A stretch of 64,000 bases of DNA, from the sequence record SRR31156797_212; one strand, 5' to 3'. Position numbers and translations under genes: made by a program. Under the pieces are notes generated by a model. It was not told where the DNA came from and did no database searches. It saw only the letters and a program-made list of their open reading frames with translations. Below, piece by piece: positions 21,647 through 31,849 of this stretch; the first letter of the stretch is position 1, and every line of letters starts with the position of its first letter.

Positions 21647-23965
21647 TTAATTAATATCTGAAAAAGAAGGAGGACGAGTCGAATCAGTTGATGCAAAGCC
21701 TTTATTAATAACATCTCCTAAGACAAACTCAATTCTTCCTCCATTCACTATATCCGTATAATTAAACCAACTTTTATTCCAATCAATACCATTAATTTTA
21801 ACTGATTGGATGTAAACATTTTCTTTTGAATAATTCTTTGCAATAACTTCAAGAGAATTGCCATTACTCATATTCATTTTAACATATGGAACGGCAGGTG
21901 ATGTAAGTATATATTGATCGCTACCTGGACAAACAGGATAAAATCCCATTGCATTAAAAATATACCATGCCGACATCTGCCCACAATCATCATTTCCACA
22001 TAAAGAACCTGGCTGGTTACCATATTGTGTTTCAATAATCTTACGTGTTAATTCCTGAGTTTTCCATGCCTGTCCGGCATAAGAATACAAATAACTGATA
22101 TGGTGACTTGGTTCGTTACCATGCCAATAATCACCTATTCGTCCATGAATATCGTCTACCCCCAGATAATCTTCACCTTTTTTATTTGCAAATACAGCAT
22201 CTAATTTATCTGTAAAATTCTCGTTCCCTCCATAAAGATTTATTAATCCCTGAACATCATGTGGAACCGTCCAGGTATACTGCCAAGTGGTTCCTTCAGT
22301 AAAAGCTCCCATGTGCTTAAAAAAGTGAGGCTCAAAATCCGGCAACCACTCACCTTTACTATCCTTAGGTCTCATCCAACCAATTTCAGAATCGAATAGA
22401 TTTTGATATGCCATTGCTCTTTTTGAGAATCTATGATAATCTTCTGTTTTTCCCATAGCCTTTGCCATACGCGCAATGCAATAGTCGTCGTAAGCATATT
22501 CCAATGTCTTTGATACCGATTCGTTCTCAAGATCATAAGGAACGTATCCTAAATTCTCATATTCTTGAGTTGCATCATACTCTGGGTGTGTAGCTGAATG
22601 AATACAAGCTTGATAAGCCAGTTCCCAATCTACCCCCTGTACACCTTTAAAGTAAGCATCTACAATCACAGGAACTGCATGATAACCAATCATACACCAG
22701 GTTTCGTTGTTCCAAAATGACCAAATTGGTAATAAGTTATCCGGACTTTGCTCATAATGTTTCAACATCGATTGAATCATATTTGCGTTTCTATCTGCCT
22801 GAGTTAAACAAAATAAAGGGTGTGTTGCTCTATATGTATCCCACAAAGAAAAGACCGTATAGTTGTCAAAACCTTCTGCAGTATGAATATTTTGATCTAA
22901 GCCTCGATAAGTTCTGTCAACATCAAAATAATTTGTAGGCGACATAAATGCATGATAAGCTGCTGTGTAAAAAGTTTCTTTTTGTTCTTTAGATCCTTCT
23001 ACTTCAAATTTTGCCAATTCCTTATTCCAAAGCGTTTTTCCTTTGTTTTTAATGTTTTCAAAATCCCAGTTTGGAATTTCTGCATTTAAATTTTCCATTG
23101 CATTGGAGGTACTAATTGCAGATATACCAACTTTCACCATAATCTGCTCAGAGTCTTTCGTTTGGTAATTTGCTACAAATTGTATATCTGGTCCAGCGCT
23201 TTCAATACTACTTCTAAATCGGTAAGTTTTATAGGAATTATACTTTTCCTCTTTACCATTCGAGAAAATTCTGGTATTATCGAAAGGGCGAGAAAATTTA
23301 GCGGCAAAATATACATACCTTTCTTTTGCCCATCCTTTTACCTGGTGCATGCCGGTAATGGTTACCTCGTCTTCAACTCGAACATTAGACCATATTACTT
23401 TGTGTCTTAATACATGACTTAGGTCCAATACAATATGGGCACTATCTGTTTTTGGGAAAGTATATCGCATAAGTCCTGCACGATTCGCTGCAGTAAGCTC
23501 AACTTTTACATCATAATCATCAAGAAGAACAGAATAATAATTCACCTCGGAAATTTCATTATCGTGTGAAAAACTTGAAAGATAGCCTTCTTCGCTAAGA
23601 TCTTTCTCCCCACTTCTAATATGAAGTTTTCCTACTGTAGGCATGAATAGAATATCCCCCATATCAGGGATACCTGTTCCATGCAAATGAGTCATTGAGA
23701 ATCCATAAATAGTGCTATCTGAGTATTCATAACCAGAAGCTGCTCCCCAATTCCACTTTTCTGTATCTGGACTAAGTTGAACCATTCCAAATGGAACTTG
23801 TGGTCCTGGATAAGTATTTCCTTCACCCAATGTTCCAACCAAAGGGTTTACATATTGGCAATAATCTTCTTGTATGCTTGTATCTGTTTTAGTTTTTGTA
23901 GAACAAGCAAATAGAGTTAGAAAAACAAGGATTAAAAGGCTTATTTTATTGAGTAATAAGTTCAT
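21647..23965 (-). CDS. GH92 alpha-mannosidase, lipoprotein
   Basis: Lipobox LFAC; YVNPLVGT, PFGMVQLSPD, SLWDTYR, EGTTWQY, HGNEPSHH, GNDDCGQMSAWY. Confidence 0.95.
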   Translation of the reverse strand: MNLLLNKISLLILVFLTLFACSTKTKTDTSIQEDYCQYVNPLVGTLGEGNTYPGPQVPFGMVQLSPDTEKWNWGAASGYEYSDSTIYGFSMTHLHGTGIPDMGDILFMPTVGKLHIRSGEKDLSEEGYLSSFSHDNEISEVNYYSVLLDDYDVKVELTAANRAGLMRYTFPKTDSAHIVLDLSHVLRHKVIWSNVRVEDEVTITGMHQVKGWAKERYVYFAAKFSRPFDNTRIFSNGKEEKYNSYKTYRFRSSIESAGPDIQFVANYQTKDSEQIMVKVGISAISTSNAMENLNAEIPNWDFENIKNKGKTLWNKELAKFEVEGSKEQKETFYTAAYHAFMSPTNYFDVDRTYRGLDQNIHTAEGFDNYTVFSLWDTYRATHPLFCLTQADRNANMIQSMLKHYEQSPDNLLPIWSFWNNETWCMIGYHAVPVIVDAYFKGVQGVDWELAYQACIHSATHPEYDATQEYENLGYVPYDLENESVSKTLEYAYDDYCIARMAKAMGKTEDYHRFSKRAMAYQNLFDSEIGWMRPKDSKGEWLPDFEPHFFKHMGAFTEGTTWQYTWTVPHDVQGLINLYGGNENFTDKLDAVFANKKGEDYLGVDDIHGRIGDYWHGNEPSHHISYLYSYAGQAWKTQELTRKIIETQYGNQPGSLCGNDDCGQMSAWYIFNAMGFYPVCPGSDQYILTSPAVPYVKMNMSNGNSLEVIAKNYSKENVYIQSVKINGIDWNKSWFNYTDIVNGGRIEFVLGDVINKGFASTDSTRPPSFSDIN

Positions 23966-23998
23966 TCTATTGTCATTTTAAGGAAAATACATCCACAT

Positions 23999-24757
23999 TT
24001 AAATTAGATCTAAGTGCATTTCATTTTGATATTGCTCCCATAGTTTTTCTACCGGAGTACCAGTAATAATCTCAACTTGCTTCCATGTCCATTTTACTCC
24101 ATCATCAGGAAGCATACTTTGGTTCAACTTGTAAATAAAATCTTTCCGAATATTTCTTTCGATCCAAACAAAAAAGAATGCAGAAGTAGAATAAGCATCC
24201 TTATAACTTCCACCAGGTTTTTTAGAATTGTAATCTTTATAGCCTAAAAGAGTTCGAACTGCATCTGCAATTCCTTCAATTACTCCTCCAATTTCACTAT
24301 ATCTGTCACCATCATCCCACTGGTAGGCATGAGTTAATTCGTGAGATAAAACTCCAACAATCTCATTCAAAAGCTGCAATGTATCTCGATTTGTTACATT
24401 GAATTTTTTTTCTAAATATCCTGAGCTAAACGAAATATTAATAACTGGTGGAATACCGCCTTTAGCAGATATCCCATTATAATCCGAAACGGTATATTTA
24501 ACCATTTCTACATTTGGGATTTCTTCTACATTTCTATACAAAACCTGACAAACCTTGAAACTTGTTTTCTTGATTAAATCCTCTGGATTCTTGGTAATAT
24601 CAACATATAAAGTCCCTTTGGAAGTTGAATCTAAGTTCATAAAATCAACCCTAGGTTCCTTAAAATCAGCTTTATTAATTTGCGAAAACAAATTCAGACA
24701 AGTGCACGAAAACACTATAACAAGAGTAATCTTGCTAAATACATTTGATTTAAACAT
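23999..24757 (-). CDS. BSP-family putative zinc metallopeptidase, secreted
   Basis: Signal peptide; GISAKGG.PP.I.I.FSS.YLE segment shared with 18075-19154; HELTH motif and EGIADAVR. Confidence 0.8.
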   Translation of the reverse strand: MFKSNVFSKITLVIVFSCTCLNLFSQINKADFKEPRVDFMNLDSTSKGTLYVDITKNPEDLIKKTSFKVCQVLYRNVEEIPNVEMVKYTVSDYNGISAKGGIPPVINISFSSGYLEKKFNVTNRDTLQLLNEIVGVLSHELTHAYQWDDGDRYSEIGGVIEGIADAVRTLLGYKDYNSKKPGGSYKDAYSTSAFFFVWIERNIRKDFIYKLNQSMLPDDGVKWTWKQVEIITGTPVEKLWEQYQNEMHLDLI

Positions 24758-24777
24758 CTGCGATTAAAAGATAAAGT

Positions 24778-24807
24778 ATCCGAGCTGAACATTCATTCAG
24801 CTCGGAT
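24778..24807 (-). terminator. Strong hairpin immediately after susD (PUL-2); terminator or stabiliser
   Basis: Perfect 12-bp stem atccgagctgaa / ttcagctcggat, followed on the minus strand by actttatctttt. Confidence 0.7.
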
Positions 24808-24814
24808 GTAAAAT

Positions 24815-26317
24815 TTAATTTTTTAAATTTGGATTGTTATCAGTTGCAGAAAGAGGATATGGGAATATCTCACGATCCTGTGCTGATGTTTGCTTATCCC
24901 ACCAGGTTCCGCCAAACTTACCGAAACGGATTAAATCCTGACGTCGGTGACCTTCAAATGAAAACTCTCGAGCACGTTCATCAATTAACTCATCTAATGT
25001 TAATGAAGATGCATTATAGTTGTGATCTACATTTTCAAATGCACGCTCTCTGATAGTGTTTACCAAAGGTAAAGCTTCTGCTGTTTTACCTAAACGAACC
25101 AATGCTTCTGCTTTCATCATTAAAGCATCGGTATATCGCCAAATAACAAAATCATTATTCAGTCCCCAGGCTTCACCAACAACCACCTCGTACTTAACAC
25201 TCCTAGCGCCTTCATCTTCTCTTGATTCTGCCATATTTTTAATATCAACAGTTAAAACCAGAGGTTCATCTTTAGCTTCTTCCACCCCCAACAAAGGATT
25301 CCCATCCTGATCGAATTGAGGTCCAACAAGAAATTGATTCAAACGAGTATCTTCCGCATCAAATACCCGATAATGATCTGGTTGAACAACAATTCCATTC
25401 CAGGGACCATATTGCAAATTAAATCCTTGCTGATGACTATAGTGCAACATAAACGCATGGTGATAAAAACCTCCGATTTTGTTCTCTTCAAAAGGAATAA
25501 CAAAAATATTCTCATCACAATTTTCATTTCTTGCTAAGAATGGTTCTTGCCATTTGTCTGCCAAAGTATATCCTGTAATTTTATCAATTTCATTGATACA
25601 TTCTTGCCAACGATCTTGTCCTGTATAAACTTTACTGTTTAAGTAAACTTTTGCTAACAGCATATGTGCCGCAGCCTGGGTAAAATGTCCATATGCAGAA
25701 GGTTCACCTTTTGTAGGCAAATCATCAATAATTTCCGTAATCTCCTGCTCTATGAATTCAATAACTTCAGAAGCTGGTACAGGTGCAGGAGAAGTAGGTT
25801 CTCCAACCTTAGTTACAATAGGTACGTTTCTAAAATTATCCATCAATAAATAGTAATGGTAAGCACGCATAGCACGCATTTCAGCTCTCATTTGATCTAA
25901 TGAAACAGATAATTGCATATTCGAAACATCTATTCCTTCTGTATTTGTCAGAAACTCATTACAGTAACCAATTGCCTGATAGGTATTATTCCAAGCACCT
26001 TTTATTTCGTGATGCTCAGGAGTCCAATTGTGCCAGTGTAACTGTTGCCATTTCCCCCCATCATATCCATGCTTTCCTTTTTGAGGCCATGCGGCACAAT
26101 CACCACTTAATTCACCACAAATCCAATGAGCCAAAGTAGTTGTTACATACAAACGAGTATATGGTTTTAAGTAATTAGCTGTTACTTCCTCACCCGACTT
26201 ATAAAAAGTTTGAGTGGTTATTTCAGAATAAACTTCTTCATCAAGATTAGTACACCCCACTAGTCCTAATAATAAGAATACGACTGAAATACCTGTATAT
26301 ATTTTATTCTTCATCAT
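24815..26317 (-). CDS. susD: RagB/SusD family lipoprotein (PUL-2)
   Basis: Lipobox LVGC-TNLDE; AEMRAMRAYHY; WRYTDALMMKAEA; ERAREFSFEGHRRQDLIRFG. Confidence 0.95.
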   Translation of the reverse strand: MMKNKIYTGISVVFLLLGLVGCTNLDEEVYSEITTQTFYKSGEEVTANYLKPYTRLYVTTTLAHWICGELSGDCAAWPQKGKHGYDGGKWQQLHWHNWTPEHHEIKGAWNNTYQAIGYCNEFLTNTEGIDVSNMQLSVSLDQMRAEMRAMRAYHYYLLMDNFRNVPIVTKVGEPTSPAPVPASEVIEFIEQEITEIIDDLPTKGEPSAYGHFTQAAAHMLLAKVYLNSKVYTGQDRWQECINEIDKITGYTLADKWQEPFLARNENCDENIFVIPFEENKIGGFYHHAFMLHYSHQQGFNLQYGPWNGIVVQPDHYRVFDAEDTRLNQFLVGPQFDQDGNPLLGVEEAKDEPLVLTVDIKNMAESREDEGARSVKYEVVVGEAWGLNNDFVIWRYTDALMMKAEALVRLGKTAEALPLVNTIRERAFENVDHNYNASSLTLDELIDERAREFSFEGHRRQDLIRFGKFGGTWWDKQTSAQDREIFPYPLSATDNNPNLKN

Positions 26318-26328
26318 TTTTATTGCAA

Positions 26329-29300
26329 TTAGAATTTAACATTTACACCTAAAGTATAGGTAGTTGTTCGTGGATAAAAACCTCTCTGATCTACACCTGC
26401 TTTAGCTCCCAAATCAAGTTCCGGATCCAATCCTGAGTAACCTGTAAATGTTGCAACATTCAAGGCAGAGAAATAGATTCTTGCATAATCAAGTCCAAAC
26501 AGTTTTTCTTTAGGTATGGTGTATCCCAATGTAATGTTATCGAGTTTAAGATAACTTCCATCTTCCAAGTAGTAATCTGAATATTGAGGATCTGCATTCA
26601 CCGGAGAATTAACTGCGGATTTCAACATATTTCCAGAATACCATTGCGGGTTTCCATAGTACATTTTATTTACATTCAATACATCAAAACCGAATGCGCC
26701 TCTAAAATTCATAGTAAAATCAAAGCCTTTAACAGAAATGTGCGGACTAAAAGAAATATTATATTTAGGATTTCCATTTCCAATGAATGTCCTATCTGCA
26801 TCAGTAATACCTTCTTCTCCATCTAAATCTTCGAAAATCCATTCACCATCAGCAGTAAGCCCTTTATATTTATAACCATAAAAAGATCCAATCGAATGTC
26901 CTTCTTCATATCTAAAAATGGTTCCTAATTGCCCAGGAGCTGGCAGGTCTTCATAGTTTACCGCCTGAAATTTAAATGTTTCATTAGATAAGCTTACCAA
27001 TTCGTTTTCATTATAGGAAAAAGTAGCATCTACCCCAATTTTCCATGTCTCATTATCAACAATATTGGCATTTAGAGCTATTTCAACACCTTGATTTGTT
27101 ATTTCTCCAATGTTAGACAATACTTCACCATGAATCATTGATGGAACCTGAGCAACCAATTTCCATAGTAAGTCTTTGGTTTTTCGTTGGTAAACATCAA
27201 CAGATCCACTTAGTTTATTATTAAAAACTCCAAAGTCTAAACCTAGGTTGGTCTCTTTTTTAGTTTCCCATTTTAAATTTTCATTTGGATTTGTTGTTGA
27301 ACCATACGATTTAAGGTATTGATCATTTAATATCCACAATCCTCCTGAACCCATTCTAGGAATTGATTCATATGGCTCATCAACAATGTTTCCCGTAACA
27401 CCATAGCCAATTCGTAATTTTAAGTCATTTACCCAACTCACATCAGACATAAAGTCTTCTTCAGTTAATCGCCAACCTAAAGAAGCTGCTGGAAAAGTAG
27501 CCCATTTGTTATTGTCTCCAAATTTTGAAGATCCTTCTCTTCTTACTGTTGCCGAAAACAAATATTTACTTTCATACGAATAAGTTACACGTCCAAAAAA
27601 TGAAATTAATTTCTCAGTTTTTTTATAACTATCCATATCTGCCTTTCCATCAGCTAAACCCGCGCCTGAACCTAAATCATGATACTGTTGAGCGTCACTT
27701 ACAAAATCTTTGTTTTCTGCCCAAAAATCCTCATACGATTTATCTTCATAACTGTATCCACCTAACACGGTGAAAGCATGATTATCTAAAACCTTTTTAT
27801 AATTAACAGTGGTTTCAAACATCTTTTTATATCTATGCCAGGTTTTCTGTTTAGCTCTTCCCTTATAACCATCTCTATCGGAACTTTTTGAATCAATATC
27901 ATCATATTCATGTTCCAAAAGATCACGTACATCAATAGCTCCGAAAGCTCCTATTTTTAAACCCTCTATCAAATCAAAATCTGCTCGCAGACTAATCTGA
28001 TTGTTTTTCTCCTTACCACCTCTGCGTTCCTGATTTAAATTTGCCACAGGATTAAATTCACCATAACCATTTGGCTGCCAATAAGTACCATCCTCATTTC
28101 TAACAGGCATTGTAGGATTAAGAATCGCAGCCATATCAAATGCTGAATAAGAAGTATAATCTTTCTCCATTAAAGTAGAAGACATATTAAACTGAAGCTT
28201 CAAACGATCGTTATAACCTGTATGAGTTAAATTAACACGTCCGTTCAAATATTCTTGTCCCGTATTAAGAACAATTCCTTCCAGATTACGATAATTTAAA
28301 GATGCTCGATAGGTTAAGTTATCTTTTCCTCCTGAAAATGATAAGTTATGAACATGTGAGATATTCTTTCTAATAATCTCCTCTGACCAATTCGTATTCG
28401 CACCACCGTCAACATAAGCAATCCCTTTCACATCTCCGTAAGCACGATATTCATCAGCTGAAAGTACATCTGGTAAAGCTGTTGCGTCTTCAGTAGATAC
28501 ATATCCAGAGTATTCTACTTTTAATTCACCAGTTGAACCTTGTTTAGTTGTAATAATAATAACACCATTGGTTCCTCTTGTACCATAAATCGCTGCTGCA
28601 GATCCATCTCGCAACACATCCATGCTTTCAATATCTTCTGGTGCAACCGAACTAATATCAACTCCTGTAATTCCATCTACAATAATCAATGGATCACTTG
28701 ATGCATTTAAAGAGGAAGTTCCTCTTAATCTAATTCTTGGTGAAGCATTAGGATCAGTACCTGCGGTGCGCACAATCTGCAGTCCTGCAACCTTACCTTC
28801 AATCGATTGTAAAGCATTAGTCGCGAAACCTTTATTAAAATCATCACTTGAAACATTGGCAATAGAGCTTGTAATTTCTGTTTTTTTCTGGATTCCATAC
28901 CCCACAGCTATCACCTCGGCCAAACCAATGGCATCCTCTTTCATTTCAACCTCTAATTTCGAAATTCCATCAATCGAAATCGATTGTGTAAGCATGCCAA
29001 CAAAAGAAAAAACCAATTTTTGATTTTCCTCTTTCACATCAATGGAGTAATTCCCATCAATATCTGTTACAGTTCCCAAGATAGTTCCTTCAACAACAAC
29101 GGTTACGCCTGGCAACCCCAAACCTTGTTGATCAACTACAATTCCTTTTATTGTACGATCTCCATTTTTTTGTTCCTGTGGAGCAATTACAATATCCTTA
29201 TCAACAATCTTATAACTTAATCCGGTATTTTTAAACACAAAATCAAGCACCTCTTTAATTGATACATTTTGCATATCAACATCCATCCTCTTATTTTGAG

Positions 29301-29538
29301 GTATTTGCTCATTCCTATAAAAGAAATCAAAGTCCGATTTAGCTTGAATTAATTTGAATACCTCTGTAATTCGAGCGTTCTTTAAACTAACTGAGATTTT
29401 ATTTTGCTGATTTCCACTCGTTGCACTCGCACTGGTAACGCCAGTCAACATTAAAATTAAACTTAGCAAGAAAACAATTGTAATTTGTTTCCAACCTTCC
29501 TTCCAGAAAGAAGGCACTAAAAACGATTTTTTTTTCAT
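26329..29538 (-). CDS. susC: SusC/RagA TonB-dependent transducer with N-terminal STN-like signalling domain (PUL-2)
   Basis: N-terminal extension (ISVSLKNARITEVFKLIQ...YKIVDKDIVI) typical of FecR-coupled transducers; PLIIVDG, VLRDGSAAAIYGTRGTNGVIIITTK; ends GVNVKF. Confidence 0.97.
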   Translation of the reverse strand: MKKKSFLVPSFWKEGWKQITIVFLLSLILMLTGVTSASATSGNQQNKISVSLKNARITEVFKLIQAKSDFDFFYRNEQIPQNKRMDVDMQNVSIKEVLDFVFKNTGLSYKIVDKDIVIAPQEQKNGDRTIKGIVVDQQGLGLPGVTVVVEGTILGTVTDIDGNYSIDVKEENQKLVFSFVGMLTQSISIDGISKLEVEMKEDAIGLAEVIAVGYGIQKKTEITSSIANVSSDDFNKGFATNALQSIEGKVAGLQIVRTAGTDPNASPRIRLRGTSSLNASSDPLIIVDGITGVDISSVAPEDIESMDVLRDGSAAAIYGTRGTNGVIIITTKQGSTGELKVEYSGYVSTEDATALPDVLSADEYRAYGDVKGIAYVDGGANTNWSEEIIRKNISHVHNLSFSGGKDNLTYRASLNYRNLEGIVLNTGQEYLNGRVNLTHTGYNDRLKLQFNMSSTLMEKDYTSYSAFDMAAILNPTMPVRNEDGTYWQPNGYGEFNPVANLNQERRGGKEKNNQISLRADFDLIEGLKIGAFGAIDVRDLLEHEYDDIDSKSSDRDGYKGRAKQKTWHRYKKMFETTVNYKKVLDNHAFTVLGGYSYEDKSYEDFWAENKDFVSDAQQYHDLGSGAGLADGKADMDSYKKTEKLISFFGRVTYSYESKYLFSATVRREGSSKFGDNNKWATFPAASLGWRLTEEDFMSDVSWVNDLKLRIGYGVTGNIVDEPYESIPRMGSGGLWILNDQYLKSYGSTTNPNENLKWETKKETNLGLDFGVFNNKLSGSVDVYQRKTKDLLWKLVAQVPSMIHGEVLSNIGEITNQGVEIALNANIVDNETWKIGVDATFSYNENELVSLSNETFKFQAVNYEDLPAPGQLGTIFRYEEGHSIGSFYGYKYKGLTADGEWIFEDLDGEEGITDADRTFIGNGNPKYNISFSPHISVKGFDFTMNFRGAFGFDVLNVNKMYYGNPQWYSGNMLKSAVNSPVNADPQYSDYYLEDGSYLKLDNITLGYTIPKEKLFGLDYARIYFSALNVATFTGYSGLDPELDLGAKAGVDQRGFYPRTTTYTLGVNVKF

Positions 29539-29545
29539 AAATTTG
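29538..29545 (+). promoter_or_regulatory. Antisense -7 promoter element overlapping the susC start codon
   Basis: TAAATTTG matches TAnnTTTG on the + strand, sharing its first base with the cat of the susC ATG. Confidence 0.6.
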
Positions 29546-29551
29546 AAAGGT

Positions 29552-29627
29552 TATAATTAATGACTCGATGTTTCTTCACAAACATCGTTTACTCGGGGAA
29601 TGTTAGCGCATTTCCCGTTTTGTTTTT
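29552..29627 (+). ncRNA. Putative cis-antisense sRNA to the susC leader (DonS-like)
   Basis: Downstream of + strand TAAATTTG; internal hairpin cgatgttt/aaacatcg (29566-29587); terminator hairpin cggggaatg/catttcccg (29594-29617, G-U pair only on + strand) followed by ttttgttttt; located between anti-sigma and susC; ends approximate. Confidence 0.6.
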
Positions 29628-29771
29628 GGTTAATTATTACATCATTGGCATTATACATTTTAAGGGTTAAATATTATATATTACACTTTTTTTTGTTTCT
29701 GATCTCAACATACTAAATCGATTTAGTTTTTATGACAAATTACATCCTCTATAATACTTTAACACATGAAA

Positions 29772-30764
29772 TTATAAAGGTTTGATTACTATCTTATCAC
29801 CATCTATCTGATAACTAATAGGTGTAGTATGATTAATTAATTTTAGAACATGCTCAACAGGTTTTGTTCTCTTAATTACGCCAGAATAATGTATATTTTG
29901 GAAAAACTTTTTTGGGTAGATAAATTCAACATCATACCAGCGTTCCACCATTGCCATCAATGTTTCAAAGTCTTCATTATCGAATATATAGCGACCATCG
30001 CGCCATACAGTATAGTAACTCGTTTCTACTTTTTTCAGAGATAACCTATTACTAATCCGACTATAAATCAATTGCTGATTGGGCTCTATAACAACTGTTC
30101 TCCCGGCAGCTTTTACTTCAACACTACCTTCTTCTAATGTTGTGTAAACATTCTCCTCATTTTCGTAGGATCTCACATTAAAAACAGTCCCAAGTACCTT
30201 TAAACTTTGTCCTTTCACATTCACAATAAAAGGTTTTTCCTCATCTCGGCTAACATTAAAAAAAGCTTCACCACTTAAGGTTACAACTCTCTGTTTTTTA
30301 TCATCATCAAACGAAAAATCCAATTTAGAATCAGAATTTAACCATACTTCTGTTCCATCAGCCAAAGCCAGCTTAGATCTTTGTCCTTTTGGCACCTCAA
30401 GTTTATGAACAAGCTGCTTAGGAACATTAAAAGAATCTAAAATCATATTAGAACCCCAACCCAAGCCAAACACTACTATAATTATTGCAGCAATCCTCAT
30501 CCACAAAGTAAAATTCCTCTTTAAGGTAAAGGTTTTTGGTATTTTCATCAGATCAACACGATTGGATAAAACCTTCCATTCTCTCTTTAGATTTATATTT
30601 CCTTTTTCCGAATGCATTTTATAGGAATCCCAGATATCTTTTTGCTGGAAATACTCCTTTTTATTCTCTGCATTTGAATAAATCCAATCGAGAAACTGAA
30701 CCTGTTCTTCTTCACTAAGCTGTCCCTGAAGGAATTGTACTATTTTATCCTTATTATCCATCAT
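29772..30764 (-). CDS. fecR: FecR family anti-sigma factor
   Basis: Single TM (WMRIAAIIIVVFGLG); LADGTEVWLNSDS, LSGEAFFNV, KVLGTVFNV, TLEEGSV; between ECF sigma and susC. Confidence 0.93.
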   Translation of the reverse strand: MMDNKDKIVQFLQGQLSEEEQVQFLDWIYSNAENKKEYFQQKDIWDSYKMHSEKGNINLKREWKVLSNRVDLMKIPKTFTLKRNFTLWMRIAAIIIVVFGLGWGSNMILDSFNVPKQLVHKLEVPKGQRSKLALADGTEVWLNSDSKLDFSFDDDKKQRVVTLSGEAFFNVSRDEEKPFIVNVKGQSLKVLGTVFNVRSYENEENVYTTLEEGSVEVKAAGRTVVIEPNQQLIYSRISNRLSLKKVETSYYTVWRDGRYIFDNEDFETLMAMVERWYDVEFIYPKKFFQNIHYSGVIKRTKPVEHVLKLINHTTPISYQIDGDKIVIKPL

Positions 30765-30934
30765 TAATTATCGGTTACTATACTACATGATCGGAAAAAT
30801 AGATTTTACCCTACCTCCAATTTTTATTTTTTTACATTTTTATAATGTTACAGTAATATAAGGTGGTCAGTTTATTGTATGAATAAATACGAAAGGAGTA
30901 TTTTAAAATCACAACTTAATTTAATCGCATGACC

Positions 30935-31519
30935 TTATAAAAAATCGGATCCATTAAAGTACAAATACATTAAAAGAGGAAGATATTCTTTAAGCTCAAG
31001 CCTAAGAATTTTAAGAGCTTTGGTTATTTGTTTTTCAACTGCTTTTACAGAAATTCCCAACTGTTCTGCAATTTCCTTATTCTTTAAGCCATTAAAACGA
31101 CTCATGATAAACACTCTACGGCAAGCATCTGGCATCTTATCCATAGCTTCTTTCAGTTTTTCTTCTAACTCTAGTTCAATTATACTTTTTATTCCATCGT
31201 TATAATAAGCGAGCTCATCAAGGTTTAATGCTTCTGTGCTATAATTGTTTCTAACTTTTTGTCTCTCGATTTCCTGAAGACATTTGTTACGAACCATTCT
31301 AAAGAGGTAGGCAGATAGAGAGGATTTGATCGTGATGTTTTCTTTGTTCTGCCAAAATATCATAAAAACGTCGTGAACTAAATCTCTTGCCAAATCATCA
31401 TCTACAAATTTACAGGCATAGAAATACATCGAAGTGTAATACTCTTCAAACAATTCTTGAAAAGCATTTTTATCTCCAGCCTTTAGTTTTGTATACAATT
31501 GGTTGTTTAGATCAGTCAT
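30935..31519 (-). CDS. ECF sigma-70 factor (Bacteroidota PUL type)
   Basis: AFQELFEEYY, DLVHDVF, YLFRMVRNKCL (region 2); MPDACRRVFIMSRFNGLKNKEIAEQLGISVKAVEKQI (region 4). Confidence 0.95.
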   Translation of the reverse strand: MTDLNNQLYTKLKAGDKNAFQELFEEYYTSMYFYACKFVDDDLARDLVHDVFMIFWQNKENITIKSSLSAYLFRMVRNKCLQEIERQKVRNNYSTEALNLDELAYYNDGIKSIIELELEEKLKEAMDKMPDACRRVFIMSRFNGLKNKEIAEQLGISVKAVEKQITKALKILRLELKEYLPLLMYLYFNGSDFL

Positions 31520-31538
31520 TGACTTTTTTTCTTGCAGT

Positions 31539-31546
31539 CAAATTTA
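31539..31546 (-). promoter_or_regulatory. -7 promoter element of the ECF sigma gene
   Basis: Minus-strand TAAATTTG 20 nt upstream of the ATG; no clear -33 element. Confidence 0.5.
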
Positions 31547-31770
31547 AAAATCTTTTTCTATTTTAAGAATGACATGAATTTCCAAGTTGATCGATATATC
31601 TATTTCGAAGACCAATTGTACAAGTATAAATGCTAAACTTCTTTTTTTGAACTATACAATAAGAATACATCCAAAGCATTTACATTTTTCACAATACCCA
31701 AACGCCTAAAAACCTTCAATTCAGATATTTATTTATCATTTCTGATTCTCAACAATTCGATCAAAATAAC

Positions 31771-31799
31771 AAAAAAAGGCACCCATATGGATGCCCTTT
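31771..31799 (-). terminator. Intrinsic terminator downstream of GH20
   Basis: Minus strand ggcatcca-ta-tgggtgcc followed by a T7 tract. Confidence 0.75.
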
Positions 31800-31849
31800 A
31801 TATTTTCAAAACTTGCTTAGCAAGTAATACTAATCAACTAATTGAAATA

